64,000 nucleotides of DNA, taken from contig NC_134034.1 of assembly GCF_964204645.1 (NCBI RefSeq), positions 6,980,914 through 7,044,913 of the forward strand. The letters are read 5' to 3'. Every line of letters starts with the position of its first letter. The first letter of the stretch is position 1. Below, one piece after another: positions 61,901 to 64,000 of this stretch. The notes under the pieces were generated by a model. The model was not told where the DNA came from. It did no database searches and saw nothing but the letters and a program-made list of their open reading frames with translations. The translations under genes and the position numbers were made by a program. This DNA is from Tubulanus polymorphus. Lineage: Eukaryota > Animalia > Nemertea.

Positions 61901-62974
61901 ATTATTATCTCTTTCTATCTTTGGGATGTCTTTAATTATAACAGGATACTTATCTATCTTATAATTATTTTCAAATGGTTTATAATGAGTTAATCTAAAA
62001 CTATGTGTAATATCTTCTGTTGGATGTAAACAACTTATTATAGCCCATAGAAAACATTTTTTATCAAAATTTTGTATATTTATTACTGCTTTTGTTGTAA
62101 ATGGTAGTTTAATATAACTTGTTCCATTTATACTATCGTCTTTATAATATGATAAATTATTTTCATCAATTGGTTTTGATTTAGTTAACTTATTATATTT
62201 TGTGTTATAAACATGTAAAGTTATAAATATTATCTCATCAAATATTAAACCAGATCCTTCAAAATATTTCTCTTCTATTTTAGTTTTTAATTCATTATAA
62301 CATTTATCTAATTTATCATCTATATGTTGTTTAGATATAATATGTTGTGAATGAGAATTTATATTATATATTGGTTTATCTTCAGATTTTATAAACTTTA
62401 CTTTAACTGATATACTAATTTTTGGATATTCTACGTTTGTAATTATTTTTATTATTTCTTTCATATTTTCTAAATGTTTTTTATTTTCTTCTAACGTTTT
62501 TCCTTTATGAAATTTAAACTCGATAGCTGCTGGACCAATATCACTTTTAAATGCTTCGGTTATCTCTATATCTTTATTATTATCTAATGAATTAATATAA
62601 TTTCTTACATCTTCCATGTATGGTCTTTTATTGTTTAATTTATTTTTTATGCTTTTAATTGCGCTTTGTTTCTTATCGTTATCATTATCAAAATAATCTT
62701 CACCTATAATATCATTATTCTTATTTCTAATATGACTTATAGATTTTAAATGTTCTTTATAATATCTTTTATCACTGAATGATTGATTACATGTATCACA
62801 TTTATATGTTTCTTTTTCATTCTTTAATTCATCTAATTTAGTTTCTAATATATCATCTTCATATTCTAGTTTCAATTCATTCTCTAAATGTGTTTTAGTT
62901 TTATTGTGTCTTGCTTTTTGGGATTTATCTATATCGATATTACATGTTGGACAGTAGTACTTATTTGCTTCCAT
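58943..62974 (-). CDS. Protein-primed family B DNA polymerase polyprotein (Zn fingers, OTU-like protease motifs, endonuclease VII-like insert)
   Basis: ExoI YGDFES, ExoII FHNLSGYD, ExoIII YLKSDV; PolA YIDANNLYG, PolB KLMNNAFYGK, PolC YFDTDS; EndoVII CYYC..VRDHDH..GAAHENCN; DKKCFLWAI...NHY. Start taken at TAAAATG 62974; alternative ATG at 63007. Confidence 0.95.
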   Translation of the reverse strand: MEANKYYCPTCNIDIDKSQKARHNKTKTHLENELKLEYEDDILETKLDELKNEKETYKCDTCNQSFSDKRYYKEHLKSISHIRNKNNDIIGEDYFDNDNDKKQSAIKSIKNKLNNKRPYMEDVRNYINSLDNNKDIEITEAFKSDIGPAAIEFKFHKGKTLEENKKHLENMKEIIKIITNVEYPKISISVKVKFIKSEDKPIYNINSHSQHIISKQHIDDKLDKCYNELKTKIEEKYFEGSGLIFDEIIFITLHVYNTKYNKLTKSKPIDENNLSYYKDDSINGTSYIKLPFTTKAVINIQNFDKKCFLWAIISCLHPTEDITHSFRLTHYKPFENNYKIDKYPVIIKDIPKIERDNNIKINVFDLIKLPNTKGNNIKHYTLEPLYLSKDYDSKDVIDILYYRNHYMWIKRIDLFFKSENDFDNKIYLCRKCLHKFRTESALLNHKQLCENHDYCKLVLPNEKDKILEFKKYDYKNKVPFVIYGDFESLNKELTDQNRKEIYYKRKKLNSNENDFSDEPPKTNTIKKIHQSAAAFGLYIKSDYPELIESEYYNYRNENVINHFCDLLIEYEIRFSKLLNTNKEIIMTEEDKEEFEFSDKCYYCEKIFNYKDKKVRDHDHLNGKFRGAAHENCNLQAKKINFVPVIFHNLSGYDAHLFIKQLCYKIEEINNEIEILNSNRSKDKIPTYKFRMLAKTSENYISFQFGCLRFIDSYRFLNSSLDNLSKSLVDDELKILKQHYPNNDDFQLMRYKGAIPYSFYKNHNDFKITELLKEQFYDELKNEYVKDEVYNRTLNIWNHFKIENHGQLVDLYLKSDVLLLTDIFERFRDVNLKYFNIDPCHCYSSPGLTWDCGLKFTDIKMDLLTNIDQLLLFEKSIRGGVSGVLGDRYFNVNDNPGYKLLYIDANNLYGWAMMEPQPYGMFEITEVLQIDKFDWKKRILDIADDSDTGYFFVVDLEYPENIKFKSRNLAYCPEHKTVKHEELSNYQKRIKPDNHIHTEKLMVTQEDKYNYVVHYRMLKFYLRQGMILKKVHRYISFSQSKWLEKYIDFNTTQRTKSKTDFEKDYFKLMNNAFYGKTCENIRNRNDIELVSNGKRIRHLQSYPKFIGNRIFDENLAAVKMRRTSMKFNKPIYVGAAVLELSKFLMYEFYYNILQPHFGEKHIEILYFDTDSYILKIKTDNITDDLKTLKHHFDFSNYPKNHELFTNDNKKVPGKFKDELGGEEMIEFIGIRSKMYSYKTKTHEAKKLKGITKSVVEKNIHFKDYINCIFNEEVRKHKMKCLRSEDHEMFIEEIEKISLNPFDDKRYILDDGIHTVAYGCNLDEYIKFKREETKENEIMKRILAC

Positions 62975-63019
62975 TTTAATACTAAATTTTTTATTAAAAT
63001 TGAACATAACACTTACCTC

Positions 63020-63345
63020 TCAACGCGTCCCGCCACGTGTGAGTCCTACCACGTGTGAGTCCCGCCTATTTATACTACTCAACAGTGGGGGAAACCCAGC
63101 TGCGTGTTGAGACTTGTAAATTATGAGGCTTGTGATTGGCTAGTGTAATAGGGAATACTCAACTGTGATTGGATAGAGTAATACTCAACTGTGATTGGAT
63201 AGATTAATAGTAAAATACTCAACTGTGATTGGCTGGAAATACTCAACTGTGATTGGATAGAGTAATAGGGAATATTCAACTGTGATTGGCTGGAAATACT
63301 CAACTGTGATTGGCTAGGGTAATACTCAACTGTGATTGGCTAATG
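63020..63345 (-). promoter_or_regulatory. Host Pol II-type promoter upstream of pPolB: 8 CCAAT boxes, TATA box, GC box, E-boxes
   Basis: Eight tgtgattgg units (CCAATCACA on minus) at 63131-63340; TATAAATA at 63067-63074 on minus; GGCGGG; two CACGTG. Confidence 0.65.
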
Positions 63346-63438
63346 TAGTTTTCTAGATGGGTTGTTCTAGAATCAACATGTAATACGCAATACTCAACGT
63401 GTTGAGGCTTGTAAATTATGAGACTTGTGATTAGATAG

Positions 63439-63644
63439 AGTAATAGGGGTTTAGTTGTTCTATATCAAAGGTTGAGAGGTTGAGGTTGATAAATTTTCCA
63501 AATGTTAAAATAACAATAATTTCTACTTGAATTAGGAGTGTACGCGACTAATTCAAGTAGAAATTATTGTTATTTTAACATTTGGAAAATTTATCGACCT
63601 CGACCTCTCGACCTTTGGTATAGAACAACTAAACCCCTATTACT
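63439..63644. repeat. Terminal palindrome: 97-bp arms, 12-nt loop
   Basis: 63439-63535 is the reverse complement of 63548-63644 with 4 mismatches; loop gagtgtacgcga. Confidence 0.93.
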
Positions 63645-64000
63645 ACCCTGCGTGGGAAAATCGGAATTCTGAGAATGCCGGTTCTTTCTACAAAAGGGGA
63701 CCGCTATCGAGAGAGAGGGGAGAATCTGTACCTTAGTAAGACGAGTGTCGACAGCAGGATAGGAGAAGCTTCGGAACGATAGGGATTCATATACAATAGG
63801 GATTAGGAAAATCATTCTTTGTTTAAGGTAAATAGAATATATTATCTTCAATATTATCATCCGGTATTTCAATTTATTCATTCGGATTTGTGCACGGACA
63901 CGTTCTCTCGCCAGGGCCTTACTCAAGTATTTTATAGATAACGATTAAAGAGAGGATTGTGACCGGTGTATCAATATATAGGCTTTAATACTTCGAATTC

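Larger units (their letters stand above)
45800..63644 (-). mobile_element. Near-complete endogenous Polinton/Maverick-type virus (copy C, ~17.8 kb; left terminus missing)
   Basis: Intron-less, densely packed AT-rich genes: pPolB, RVE integrase, A32-like ATPase, MCP and mCP; right end terminates in ...TATTACT (5'-AG on the minus strand, as in Polinton termini). Confidence 0.93.

Overview
Repeat-rich animal (invertebrate-type) nuclear DNA: spliceosomal introns, LINE, DNA-transposon and Helentron debris, and satellite DNA. 1-16.5 kb looks like a TE-filled intron ending in the last exon of a host gene (CCDC148-like, 16237-16488). It contains a CR1/L2-type endonuclease fragment, a decayed Harbinger (Myb + transposase), MITEs, and a candidate composite element pairing a spliced KDZ (Kyakuja-Dileera-Zisupton)-type transposase with a convergent NRF1/EWG-like DNA-binding gene. 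21.7-27.7 kb is a 31-bp palindrome-containing satellite split by a Helentron-type element. 28.7-63.6 kb is dominated by three related copies of an AT-rich endogenous Polinton/Maverick-type virus: two decayed, rearranged copies (A 28.7-38.5 kb, B 38.7-42.2 kb) and a nearly intact ~17.8 kb copy C (45.8-63.6 kb) with pPolB, RVE integrase, packaging ATPase, major and minor capsid proteins, HNH nuclease, Zn-finger protein and about six membrane proteins, but no recognisable adenain protease gene. Most striking: 14 of 16 copy-C genes start at TAAATG, usually behind a T/A tract (the architecture of poxvirus late promoters). The polymerase instead sits behind a host-type CCAAT-array/TATA promoter, and the element ends in a 97-bp-arm hairpin. 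This suggests a possibly membrane-containing, helper-virus-responsive Polinton-like virus. Family assignments are from motif recognition only; no searches were run.
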